Origin: an uncultured Aurantimicrobium sp.
GTDB taxonomy: Bacteria; Actinomycetota; Actinomycetes; Actinomycetales; Microbacteriaceae
Assembly (NCBI RefSeq): GCF_936931525.1
Contig: NZ_CAKZII010000081.1
Location: 1-56,303 of the forward strand
Length of the DNA: 56,303 bases
Reading direction: 5' to 3'
Within the stretch, counting starts at the first letter, position 1. Each line of letters begins with the position of its first letter. The notes beneath the pieces were generated by a model. The model made no database searches, was not told the DNA's origin, and worked only from the letters and a program-made list of their open reading frames with translations. Position numbers and translations under genes: made by a program. Positions 35,290 through 44,472 of the stretch are shown piece by piece.

Positions 35290-36639
35290 TTACTTCTTGT
35301 GCGCGTCTCCAGCCTTCTGAGCGATCTCCTGGCCCTTGTTCAGAGCGTCAGCGACCGAGATGCGGCCCGCGATTGCGTCAGCTACAAGCTGAGCAACCTG
35401 GTTTCCAACATCCTGGAACTCAGGAATGGTTACGTACTGGATGCCAACCCATGGCTGTGGGTTAACACCAGGCTGCGATGGGTTGACCGAGCTCATGACC
35501 TCAAGGGTAATGGGCGCGAATGCAGCAGCAGCTTCCTTGTACTCAGGGATTTCGTAGGTTGAGATACGAGCCCCTGGAGGTACGCGGGTCCAGCCGAGAG
35601 TCTTACCAACGAGCTGCTGGTAGTCCTTAGAAGTTGCCCACAGAACGAACTTGTCTGCAGCTTCCTTGTTCTTGGAGGACTCGGGAACTGCGAGGTTCCA
35701 CGACCAAAGCCATCCGGACTCAGCGGTCTTGTAGGTAGGAGCGTGAGCGTAACCCATCTTGCCGGCAACCTTCGAGGTCTTAGCGTCCTCGAGGATCGAT
35801 GCAGCTACAGATGCGTCGTACCACATAGCGGTCTTACCCTCCTGGAGGAGGTTCAGGCACTCAGTGAACGAGTAGGAAACAGGGTCAGCCTGACCTGCGT
35901 TTGCGAGGAGGTCCTTGTAGAAGGTAACTGCCTCGGTGAACTCAGGAGAGTTAACTTGTGCGTTCCAGTCCATGTCGTACCAAGAACCACCGAAGGTCTG
36001 GACAACAGTGGTCAAAGGTGCGAACAGGTCGCCCCAGCCGGGCTTGCCGCGGAGGCAGATGCCCGAGTCAGCGATGCCCTGATCCTTGACAGCCTGAGCT
36101 GCGGTTGCAACTTCCTGCCAGGTTGGGTTGTTAGAGATGGTTACGCCTGCAGCAGCAAGCATTTCCTTGTTGTACATCAGGATGGAGGACTCACCGTAGA
36201 AAGGCACTGCGTACTGCTTGCCATCTACCGAGAGAGCGTCACGAACGGGAGGAAGAATGTCCTCTACGTCGTAAGTCGCGTCAGCCTTGAGCGCAGGAGT
36301 GAGGTCCTGCAGCCAGCCGTTTGCGCCCCACTGTGGAACTTCGTATGCACCAACGGTGACGATGTCGTACTGACCAGCACCGGAAGCGACGTCAGCGGTG
36401 ACAGCGGCACGAAGGTCGCCCTCTTCCATCTGAACGAAGTTAACCTTGATGCCTGGGTTAGCAGACTCGAATTCGCCCTTGAGCTCTTCCATGTCCTTCA
36501 TCTGTGGGTTGCTTACAGTTGCGAGCGTCAGAGTGACGTCCTGCTTAGCTCCACCAGCACCTGAACAGCCTGTGAGTGCGAGTGCCGAGGTGGCGAGGAT
36601 CGCGCTCAAAGCAAGTGCACGCTTTTTAGTCAAAAGCAT
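35290..36639 (-). CDS. Polyol ABC substrate-binding lipoprotein (SmoE/MtlE-like)
   Basis: Lipobox LALTGC, ATVSNPQM, PFYGESS, ICLRGKPGWG, WLWSW, GIQYVTIPEFQ. AAAGGAG SD. Confidence 0.93.
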   Translation of the reverse strand: MLLTKKRALALSAILATSALALTGCSGAGGAKQDVTLTLATVSNPQMKDMEELKGEFESANPGIKVNFVQMEEGDLRAAVTADVASGAGQYDIVTVGAYEVPQWGANGWLQDLTPALKADATYDVEDILPPVRDALSVDGKQYAVPFYGESSILMYNKEMLAAAGVTISNNPTWQEVATAAQAVKDQGIADSGICLRGKPGWGDLFAPLTTVVQTFGGSWYDMDWNAQVNSPEFTEAVTFYKDLLANAGQADPVSYSFTECLNLLQEGKTAMWYDASVAASILEDAKTSKVAGKMGYAHAPTYKTAESGWLWSWNLAVPESSKNKEAADKFVLWATSKDYQQLVGKTLGWTRVPPGARISTYEIPEYKEAAAAFAPITLEVMSSVNPSQPGVNPQPWVGIQYVTIPEFQDVGNQVAQLVADAIAGRISVADALNKGQEIAQKAGDAHKK

Positions 36640-36846
36640 TGATACTCCTTTGTTGTCGTTGCTTATTACTTACTTGGTGTTCGCCGGACCGTCCCGGCTA
36701 AGAAAAGTTGCCTTCACCCCGAAAGGGAGAGAGTTGGAAGCCATCACACCAAAGAAGTGAAAGAGTGAAGACAAATTTTCCTGTGTTGAATGTACGAAAG
36801 AAAGAGCTAAACGCAAACCGAAATCCACCCCCACTGACATGGACTT

Positions 36847-36886
36847 CTGATACTTTTTTGCCAAAACGAACTAATGCTTTTTTGCA
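36847..36886 (-). promoter_or_regulatory. Tandem direct repeats, candidate AraC/MtlR binding sites
   Basis: Minus strand TGCAAAAAAGCATTAG and GGCAAAAAAGTATCAG, 24 bp apart, upstream of a TACATT -10-like hexamer (36789-36794). Confidence 0.6.
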
Positions 36887-36985
36887 CCCCATCCATGCCC
36901 CCACAGCGCACTGTCGAACTTCCGCTTGTTTACTGGGCAAAACGGGGGTAGATTGGTCTTCAACGAGAAGCCAATGGAGGCCCCC

Positions 36986-37969
36986 TTGAGTGAGCGTGTT
37001 ATAAAACCGTTACTTTCTGGAGACACTCGTCCAGCCACAATCGCTGAGGAAATCCTCACCCTCAGCCCTTATCGCGAAGTCATACCGCGTCAGCCAAACG
37101 AGTCTTTTCGTTTCCTCAATCATGACTACCCCAGCGAAATTGCTCGCTGGCAATATCACCCAGAGTTTGAAATCCACCTCATCCGTGAGGGCACAGGAAG
37201 CTTCATCATCGGAGATACGGTTGGCGCCTTCACCGCTGGTCAGGTTTATTTGATGGGATCAGGTCTCCCCCACGACTGGATGAGTGACCTTGAACCTGGC
37301 CAAGTCATCCGCAATCGTGATGCAGTGATCCAATTCGAACGTGAATGGCTTGCAAAGTGCGCCGAAACCATCCCCGAAATTGCCGACACCCGCCATCTGT
37401 TGCAAGAGTCCAGCCGCGGAATTCTCTTCAAGGGCGAAACCGCCGAAAAGGCTGCCGTTGAGATTGAAGCTGTGGGTGAGACCGAGGGCATTGCCCGCAT
37501 CGCACACCTCATGAATATCTTGGCTTTGATGGCAAACGCCCCCTCGGAGGAAAAAGAACTCATCGCTAACGAGTGGTACACCGAACCCAGTAGCCGCGAC
37601 GAAGCAACAGCAGCAGATGCCGGCATCGCCTACATCTTCGAGAACTTGCGTTCGAATATCCGCATGTCTGAGGCGGCGCGACTTGCATCAATGTCAGAGC
37701 CAACTTTTTCGAAATACTTCCGCAAAGTCAGCGGCCTGACTTTTAGTGACATGGTGAAAAAGCTTAGAATTGCCCACGCCTGTCGCCTGCTCGAACAGAC
37801 AGACAAGGCTGTCTCTGCCATCGCGGAAGACTCCGGCTATACCAACTTGGCAAATTTCAACAAGCAGTTCTTAACTGAAGTCGGCATGACTCCGCGTGAA
37901 TATCGCAACCTCGATGAAGCCGATCGTCCTGGCGCAAAGGTGTTGAGCTTGGGAACAAAAGCTCCATAA
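36986..37969 (+). CDS. AraC family regulator (Pseudomonas MtlR-like)
   Basis: Cupin part RWQYHPEFEIHLI...GLPHDW and C-terminal double HTH (FSKYFRK...SGYTNLANFNKQF). TTG 36986 follows GGAGG. Start uncertain (ATG 36974 possible). Confidence 0.92.
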   Translation: MSERVIKPLLSGDTRPATIAEEILTLSPYREVIPRQPNESFRFLNHDYPSEIARWQYHPEFEIHLIREGTGSFIIGDTVGAFTAGQVYLMGSGLPHDWMSDLEPGQVIRNRDAVIQFEREWLAKCAETIPEIADTRHLLQESSRGILFKGETAEKAAVEIEAVGETEGIARIAHLMNILALMANAPSEEKELIANEWYTEPSSRDEATAADAGIAYIFENLRSNIRMSEAARLASMSEPTFSKYFRKVSGLTFSDMVKKLRIAHACRLLEQTDKAVSAIAEDSGYTNLANFNKQFLTEVGMTPREYRNLDEADRPGAKVLSLGTKAP

Positions 37970-38094
37970 AGCCACCACACTTAAACCTTGGATTCTTTCT
38001 GAATTCGTTTTTCTCAAATCCCCTATAAGTCGGCTCTCATTATACGAGCGTGACTTTTGTTTCTTTTACATTGAAAATATGGCACGCTTTTGAT

Positions 38095-40044
38095 GTGCCC
38101 CTTCCATTCATTCGCTGGCCATCTGATGCTGCACCCCTAATAGGTTTCGGCGCTGATTACAACCCCGAACAGTGGTCCCGAGAGGTGTGGGCTGAAGATA
38201 TTCAGTTCATGAAAGAATCCGGCGTGAACCTGGTGAGTGTGGGAATTTTCTCCTGGGGACTCATTGAAGTTCAAGATGGTGAATTCGATTTCAGTTGGCT
38301 ACATGAAGTCCTAGATCTTCTGCATGCACACGGTATTGCTGTGGATCTTGCAACAGCGACTGCTTCTCCCCCGCAGTGGCTCATTGAAAAACATCCAGAG
38401 ATTCTTCCCGTCGACAAAAGCGGGCTAACTGCTGATAACTCCAGTCGCCAACACTGGAGACCCACCTCCCCCCTATTTAGGAAATACGCTCTTCGACTGG
38501 TCGAGGCGATTGCCACCGAGTTTGCAGAGCACCCAGCACTAGCGTTATGGCACGTCAATAATGAACTCGGGTGCCACAACACTTATGACTACTCCCCCGA
38601 CGCGGTGGCTCATTTCAGACAATGGCTTCACACAAAATACGGTTCGCTTGAGAAGTTGAACTTTGCGTGGGGCACACACTTCTGGTCTCAAAAGTATTCA
38701 AGCTGGGAGCAAATTCAACTTCCTCAGAATCCCATGACGTTTGGCAACCCCACACAGACGATTGATTTCAAGAGATTCTGTTCAGATGTATTGCGGGACT
38801 ATCTCGACGCAGAGATGGCCGTTCTCAAACGAATCACACCAGAGATACCTGTGACCACCAACTTCATGGTGATGTGGACATACGACGGTGCTGACTATGC
38901 CAGCTGGGCCGATCACGTTGATGTCGTCTCCAACGACCACTATCTACACCCAGGCCCTCAGTCGTGGATTGAACAGTCCTTCTCAGCTAGCCACACCCGT
39001 GGAATTGCTGCTGGCAAGAACTGGATCTTGATGGAACACTCCACCAGTCAGGTCAGCTGGCAGCCGGTGAATTTTGCAAAACAACCGGGCCAGCTCGAAC
39101 GAGACAGCGGGACTCACTTTGCCCACGGTGCAGATGCGATCTGTTTCTTCCAGTGGCGTCAATCATCTGCTGGCGCTGAGAAGTTCCACTCTGCCCTCGT
39201 GCCTCATGCTGGAAAACAAAGTCAGATCTGGACTGAGGTAGTGGGCCTGGGCGAGAAGCTTTCTTCCTTGTCTCACCTTGCAGGCGCAATGGTTGAGCAG
39301 GCAAAGATTGCCATCATCTTTGATCAAGACTCCTACTGGGCACTTGCCAATGATTCGGTGCCCAGCCAAGCAGTGAAGTACCGCGAACATGCTCTGGGCT
39401 GGTATCGAGCATTTGTCGAGAGAGGTCATAGCGTTGATGTCATCACGTCACTGACAGCTCTGGAAAGTTACGAAGTTGTCGTTACCCCAAGCCTGTACAT
39501 GGTCAACGATGAGCTTGCTCAGCGGTTAACGTCCTATGCCGATCAGGGCGGTTTGCTCCTCGGCACATTCCTGACCGGTATCGCTGACGAAAACGACCAT
39601 ATTGCGCCATCGGTTTATCCAGCACGACTGGGGAACCTCTTTGGCGCTCAGACCACAGACTGGATGCCGCTTGCTCCAGAGGAAACCATCATCCTGGAAT
39701 CAGGCCTCACTGCACACACCTGGTCAGAGAACATCGTTGTGAGCACAGGCAACGTCATCGACACTTATCCAAACGGCAATCCTGCACTCGTTGAAACTGA
39801 AAACACCCTTTATGTGTCAACAATTCTCGACACAGCGTCTCTGCGCCAACTTGTTGATCGCATTGCGCTGAAGAAGAGCATTGCACCTGCACTCACTCTG
39901 GCTGAAGGCCACCGAGCTGAGCTTCGCGTGAGAGTAACTGCTGATGGATCTCGTTATGGAGTTCTCATCAATCACGACGAAGGACCGGTTTCTGTGGGCA
40001 ACCACCACATTTCAGAAACGGGTTTCCACGTAGTCGAGCTTTAG
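38095..40044 (+). CDS. Beta-galactosidase, GH42
   Basis: GADYNPEQW, VGIFSW, ATASPP, WHVNNE, TTNFM, LMEH, FQWRQS, EKFHSA. Start uncertain (GTG 38095 or 38050). Confidence 0.93.
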   Translation: MPLPFIRWPSDAAPLIGFGADYNPEQWSREVWAEDIQFMKESGVNLVSVGIFSWGLIEVQDGEFDFSWLHEVLDLLHAHGIAVDLATATASPPQWLIEKHPEILPVDKSGLTADNSSRQHWRPTSPLFRKYALRLVEAIATEFAEHPALALWHVNNELGCHNTYDYSPDAVAHFRQWLHTKYGSLEKLNFAWGTHFWSQKYSSWEQIQLPQNPMTFGNPTQTIDFKRFCSDVLRDYLDAEMAVLKRITPEIPVTTNFMVMWTYDGADYASWADHVDVVSNDHYLHPGPQSWIEQSFSASHTRGIAAGKNWILMEHSTSQVSWQPVNFAKQPGQLERDSGTHFAHGADAICFFQWRQSSAGAEKFHSALVPHAGKQSQIWTEVVGLGEKLSSLSHLAGAMVEQAKIAIIFDQDSYWALANDSVPSQAVKYREHALGWYRAFVERGHSVDVITSLTALESYEVVVTPSLYMVNDELAQRLTSYADQGGLLLGTFLTGIADENDHIAPSVYPARLGNLFGAQTTDWMPLAPEETIILESGLTAHTWSENIVVSTGNVIDTYPNGNPALVETENTLYVSTILDTASLRQLVDRIALKKSIAPALTLAEGHRAELRVRVTADGSRYGVLINHDEGPVSVGNHHISETGFHVVEL

Positions 40045-41000
40045 CGGGACTCCAGTTCGGCCAACCATGCGTTCTTGATGGTGCCGGCCAAGTCAGCTCT
40101 GTTTTCCCACTTCAGATCACGTGCGGCTAATGAACCATCCGCGACGATAAGAGCAGGGTCACCGGGGCGACGTGGATTAATACCTGGTTCAAAATCATGC
40201 CCGGTTACTTCGCTCACGGTCTGCATAATTTGCAGAACTGAGACACCTTCACCAGCGCCCAGGTTATAGACAGGCTCCACTGGCAAACCCGACTCGAGAC
40301 GGCCAGCAGCAGCGACATGTGCTTTGGCAATGTCGCTGACATCGACATAATCTCGCACGCAGGTTCCATCCGGCGTGGGGTAATCATTGCCATTAATGCT
40401 GGGGGTTTTGCCAGCCTTGAGCGCTGCAAAAACCAGCGGGATGAGGTTATGTGGACTGGTGTCTCGCAATGAGATATCCCCAGACCCAATGACGTTGAAA
40501 TATCTCAACGAGGTGTGCTTGAGACCACAGGCCTTCTGCGCATCTTTCAACAGCCATTCGCCAATGAGTTTGGTTTCGCCATAAGGCGATTCTGGGCGCG
40601 TGGGCGTCTCTTCTGTTACCTGCGCAACATCAGGAGTGCCATAGACGGCGGCACTGGAGCTAAACACAAATAACTCAACACCGGCGTTGTTACAGGCCTC
40701 TAACAGGCGCACAGTCCCTGTGACGTTTTGCTCATAGGTGTGCATCGGGCGCTTGACTGATTCACCTGCGTATTTGTAGCCACCAAAGTGAACAACACCA
40801 GTCACTCCCTCAAGAGCTGTGGCCAGCGCATCGTTGTCGAGAAGTGAACCTTCAACAAAACGAGCATCAGGGTGCAAGAACTCTCGATGACCACTGGAGA
40901 GGTCATCCAGAACGGTTACGTCATAACCAGCTTCTAGAAATTCTCTAACAGCGTGGGAACCGATATATCCCGCACCACCTGTGATGAGCCATCTCGACAT
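40041..41000 (-). CDS. galE: UDP-glucose 4-epimerase
   Basis: TGGAGYIGSH, SSSAAVYG, YGETK, LRYFN, TPDGTCVRDY. Confidence 0.95.
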   Translation of the reverse strand: MSRWLITGGAGYIGSHAVREFLEAGYDVTVLDDLSSGHREFLHPDARFVEGSLLDNDALATALEGVTGVVHFGGYKYAGESVKRPMHTYEQNVTGTVRLLEACNNAGVELFVFSSSAAVYGTPDVAQVTEETPTRPESPYGETKLIGEWLLKDAQKACGLKHTSLRYFNVIGSGDISLRDTSPHNLIPLVFAALKAGKTPSINGNDYPTPDGTCVRDYVDVSDIAKAHVAAAGRLESGLPVEPVYNLGAGEGVSVLQIMQTVSEVTGHDFEPGINPRRPGDPALIVADGSLAARDLKWENRADLAGTIKNAWLAELESR

Positions 41001-42154
41001 TAGATATCCCTCCGGGCACCCTGGCTGGGAACGACCGTAAATTGAAGTGGGGGCTGATATCCCGCAGCTGTGAATGCCTCAGCAACTGCCGTCATGACCT
41101 CGGGCACCTGCGCAGATGCGACGAGGGCAATCGCGGCCCCGCCAAACCCTCCACCGGTCATGCGGGCAGCAACAGCTCCTGCCGCGAGTGATGATTCGAC
41201 AGCAAGGTCTAGTGCTGGAGTCGAAATCTCAAAGTCATCGCGCATGGAGGCGTGGCTTGCTGCAAAGAGTTCCCCGATCGCCTCAAAATCACGGGCGCCA
41301 AATGCTGCAACAGCGTTTTCCACGCGAACGTTTTCGGTCACGACGTGCTTGACACGTCGGAAGGTTTCCTCATCGAGCTTCTGCTGAGTTTCATTAAGCA
41401 TGTCGGTGGTGATGTCGCGCAGTGTGCTCACACCCATCACGTCCACGGCAGAGTCACACGCCTTGCGACGCGACGCATAACCTCCGGTGGCGTGGGAGTG
41501 CTTTTCCTGAGTGTCCATGACGAGAACTTCAAAGTCTCCCAAGCCCAGAGGCACCGCACGGACATCCATGCTTCGGCAGTCGAGGAATATCGCCGAGTCT
41601 GGTTCCCCAAACATGGAAGCAAACTGATCCATGAATCCCGTGGGGGCACCCACTACGGTGTTCTCTGCACGTTGACCGGCCAGCGCAATGTCTGAGCGTG
41701 ACAAACCTGCATCCCAAATGTCATTGAGCGCGATGGCAACGGCGCACTCAATGGCGGCAGAAGAGGACAAACCTGCTCCAGTGGGGACATCGGATGCAAG
41801 ATAAATATCGAAACCCTCAACCGCGTGACCGGTGAGTTCGCTCAGCACCTGAACAACTCCCAGAGGATAGGCAGACCATCCCTCAAGGGTGGGCGTGGAC
41901 TGCGCGCCAAAGTCGACTTCGATGACTCCGTGGAAACCTTCGCTTGCTACGCGCACTGTGCCATCGGTTCGCTGACCAATTGCTGCGAAAGTGCGTCGAT
42001 TAATGGCAAACGGGAGCACAAGGCCAGCGTTGTAATCCGTGTGTTCACCGATCAGGTTTGCGCGGCCAGGTGCAGACCACACACCCACAGGTGAATACCC
42101 ATACAACTCTTCAAAGTTACGAGCTGCGAATGCAGCATCAATCGTGAGTGCCAT
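41000..42154 (-). CDS. galK: Galactokinase
   Basis: APGRANLIGEHTDYN, PTGAGLSSSAA, ARMTGGGFGG. Confidence 0.96.
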   Translation of the reverse strand: MALTIDAAFAARNFEELYGYSPVGVWSAPGRANLIGEHTDYNAGLVLPFAINRRTFAAIGQRTDGTVRVASEGFHGVIEVDFGAQSTPTLEGWSAYPLGVVQVLSELTGHAVEGFDIYLASDVPTGAGLSSSAAIECAVAIALNDIWDAGLSRSDIALAGQRAENTVVGAPTGFMDQFASMFGEPDSAIFLDCRSMDVRAVPLGLGDFEVLVMDTQEKHSHATGGYASRRKACDSAVDVMGVSTLRDITTDMLNETQQKLDEETFRRVKHVVTENVRVENAVAAFGARDFEAIGELFAASHASMRDDFEISTPALDLAVESSLAAGAVAARMTGGGFGGAAIALVASAQVPEVMTAVAEAFTAAGYQPPLQFTVVPSQGARRDI

Positions 42155-43251
42155 TAGATAACGTCCCGAATTGCTGCTGCGGTGACCTCTGGAAGTACGT
42201 CTCCGATGAATGCGCCCATGGCGGATTCAGAACCAGCTAGGTATTTCAACTTGTCGGCAGCTCGGCGTGGAGAAGTAACTTGGAGCATCATGCGGACGGT
42301 GTCTCTGCCCTTGTTGACTGGAGCTTGGTGCCATGCCGCGATGTAGGGGGTGGGGGTGTCATAGAGCTTGTCGAGTGCACTCAAGATTCGCTGTTGCATC
42401 ACTGCGAGTTCATCACGTTCTGCATCAGTGAGCTCAGTAAAACCGGGAACATGGCGGTGCGGAAGCATGTGCACCTCAAGTGGCCAGCGTGCGGCAAAAG
42501 GCACAAACGCGGTGAAGTAGTCACCCTGGAGAACAACACGCTCAGAGCCTTGTTCAAAGGCCAGAATGTCTGCCATCAAGTCAGGGCCGTACTTCTCAAT
42601 CGAGGTCAGTAGTTGCTGAGTCTTCGGCGTGATGTAGGGGTAGCTATAGATCTGCCCGTGCGGGTGGTGCAGGGTCACGCCAATTTCTTGACCGCGGTTT
42701 TCAAAGATAAACACTTGTTGAACTCCGGGAATTGCCGACAGAGCTTCAGTTCTGTCAGTCCATGCCTCAACCACGGTTCGAGCACGCTGCGGAGCAAGCG
42801 TGGCAAAGGAACCATCATGTTCTGGGCTGAAGCATACGACTTCACAGCGGCCTAGAGAAGGCTTGGTTCTGCCCAGGCCAATGGAACTCAGGTCTGAAAG
42901 TTCAGCGACAACATCTCCCTCGGCCAGGAATTCAGGGCCAAAAGACGGGGATTTGTTTTCAAAAACCACCACGTCATAGTTGCTGGGAATCTCAGAAGGA
43001 TTTTCAGGTGTTGCTGGAGCAAGAGGATCAAGGTGCGCCGGAGGCAAGAAGACACGGTTCTGACGTGCAGCGGCAATAGAGATCCACTCCCCTGTCAGAG
43101 GATCCTGGCGCATGGTTGCACTCGGCGAGCGCGGAGCGCTCTCCCGACTGTCCTCGAGTCGTTCGGCAGGAAGTGTCGTGTCGGGGTCGTCAAAGTAAAT
43201 CAGCTCACGGCCGTCAAACATGCGCTTGGAGATTTTTCTGACGGAGGGCAC
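42154..43251 (-). CDS. galT: Galactose-1-phosphate uridylyltransferase
   Basis: FENRGQEIGVTLHHPHGQIY (HPHGQ motif) and KYLAGSES. Confidence 0.96.
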   Translation of the reverse strand: MPSVRKISKRMFDGRELIYFDDPDTTLPAERLEDSRESAPRSPSATMRQDPLTGEWISIAAARQNRVFLPPAHLDPLAPATPENPSEIPSNYDVVVFENKSPSFGPEFLAEGDVVAELSDLSSIGLGRTKPSLGRCEVVCFSPEHDGSFATLAPQRARTVVEAWTDRTEALSAIPGVQQVFIFENRGQEIGVTLHHPHGQIYSYPYITPKTQQLLTSIEKYGPDLMADILAFEQGSERVVLQGDYFTAFVPFAARWPLEVHMLPHRHVPGFTELTDAERDELAVMQQRILSALDKLYDTPTPYIAAWHQAPVNKGRDTVRMMLQVTSPRRAADKLKYLAGSESAMGAFIGDVLPEVTAAAIRDVI

Positions 43252-43274
43252 AGCTGTCCTTACTTTGGGGGTGG

Positions 43275-44435
43275 TTACGCGACCAGAAGTCGGTCGAAAG
43301 AGGATTGAATAGCTACCGCAGCAGCACCTCGAGCCCAGGCAACGAAGTTTCCTTCGTCAACAAGGATGGTCAAAGGTGTGAACTCCACTTTGCGGTCACG
43401 GTTGATCTCTTCCCACACGACATCTTCAGTGCCCCGGAAGAGCTCAATAGCCTCACCAGCAAGGACAAAAGTGTCCACTAAAGCGAGTGAGGAAACGAGA
43501 GCAATCAGGCGTCCAAGTGCCCTGCCTGCTCGGAAGAAGATGTTGCGGGCGAACGCATCCCCTTCCTTGAACAAGGCGACAAGTTCATCAAAAGATACGG
43601 TGCGGCCAAAGTGTGCGGTGGCCTGCTCCAACAGAGCTGGGGTTGTCAAGAGCTCAGTAGCGCAGCCCTTGTACCCTTCAGAACACGAGGGGCCGTCAGC
43701 ATCCAAAATGATGTGCGTACCGATACCTAGACGAGCATCTTGGGTGTTGACCACACGGTCACGACGGACAAGGCCGTAACCAAGACCTGCACCCACAGTG
43801 ATGACGGAGAAGTCTGTGTGGCCGCGACCTAAGCCGAACCAGTGTTCAGCGCCGGCTACAGCAACAATGTCATTTTCAATGTAAACGGGAATACCGAGCT
43901 CCTCTGACAGTGGACCAGCCAGGTCTACGTTTTCCCAACCCAGGAAGGAGGCATACCCGATGGTGCCGTCTTGGTGAACGTATCCACCAATGCTGATACC
44001 CAAAGCTTTGACCTCTGAAGCGTAATGAGCTTTTTCAATGAGGTCTTGATACAGCTTCACCAAGATTCGGTGGACAGTGCTGACGCGGCGATCCATGAAA
44101 TTAGCTTCGAGTCGAACCAGCTCATTGGCTTTGATATCCGTCAACACACCAATGGCCTGATCACCGGTGAGCTTGACGCCCATGTAGTAGCCCGCTTCAG
44201 GACGAACATCTAATGGCTTGGTGGGACGACCAGTGGTGTTTTGAGAAAGATCATCAACTTCGTAGAGAATTCCACGATCAATCAGAGCCCGGGAAAGACG
44301 CGTCAACGTGGGAAGTGACAGCCCTAGTTGTTCAGCCAATTCGCCTCGAGAGACGGGTCCATGAATCAACACCGCTCGCGCTAAATCCGCAATGGAATCT
44401 GGCACAGAAATTTCTACGGTGTCAATTGTCTTCAT
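43275..44435 (-). CDS. ROK family transcriptional regulator
   Basis: N-terminal HTH (SRGELAEQLGLSLPTLTRL, TGRP), IENDI, TVGAGLG. Confidence 0.92.
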   Translation of the reverse strand: MKTIDTVEISVPDSIADLARAVLIHGPVSRGELAEQLGLSLPTLTRLSRALIDRGILYEVDDLSQNTTGRPTKPLDVRPEAGYYMGVKLTGDQAIGVLTDIKANELVRLEANFMDRRVSTVHRILVKLYQDLIEKAHYASEVKALGISIGGYVHQDGTIGYASFLGWENVDLAGPLSEELGIPVYIENDIVAVAGAEHWFGLGRGHTDFSVITVGAGLGYGLVRRDRVVNTQDARLGIGTHIILDADGPSCSEGYKGCATELLTTPALLEQATAHFGRTVSFDELVALFKEGDAFARNIFFRAGRALGRLIALVSSLALVDTFVLAGEAIELFRGTEDVVWEEINRDRKVEFTPLTILVDEGNFVAWARGAAAVAIQSSFDRLLVA

Positions 44436-44472
44436 GAGTAATCCCGTTTCTTAGAAAGCTGTTTGTCTCAGC

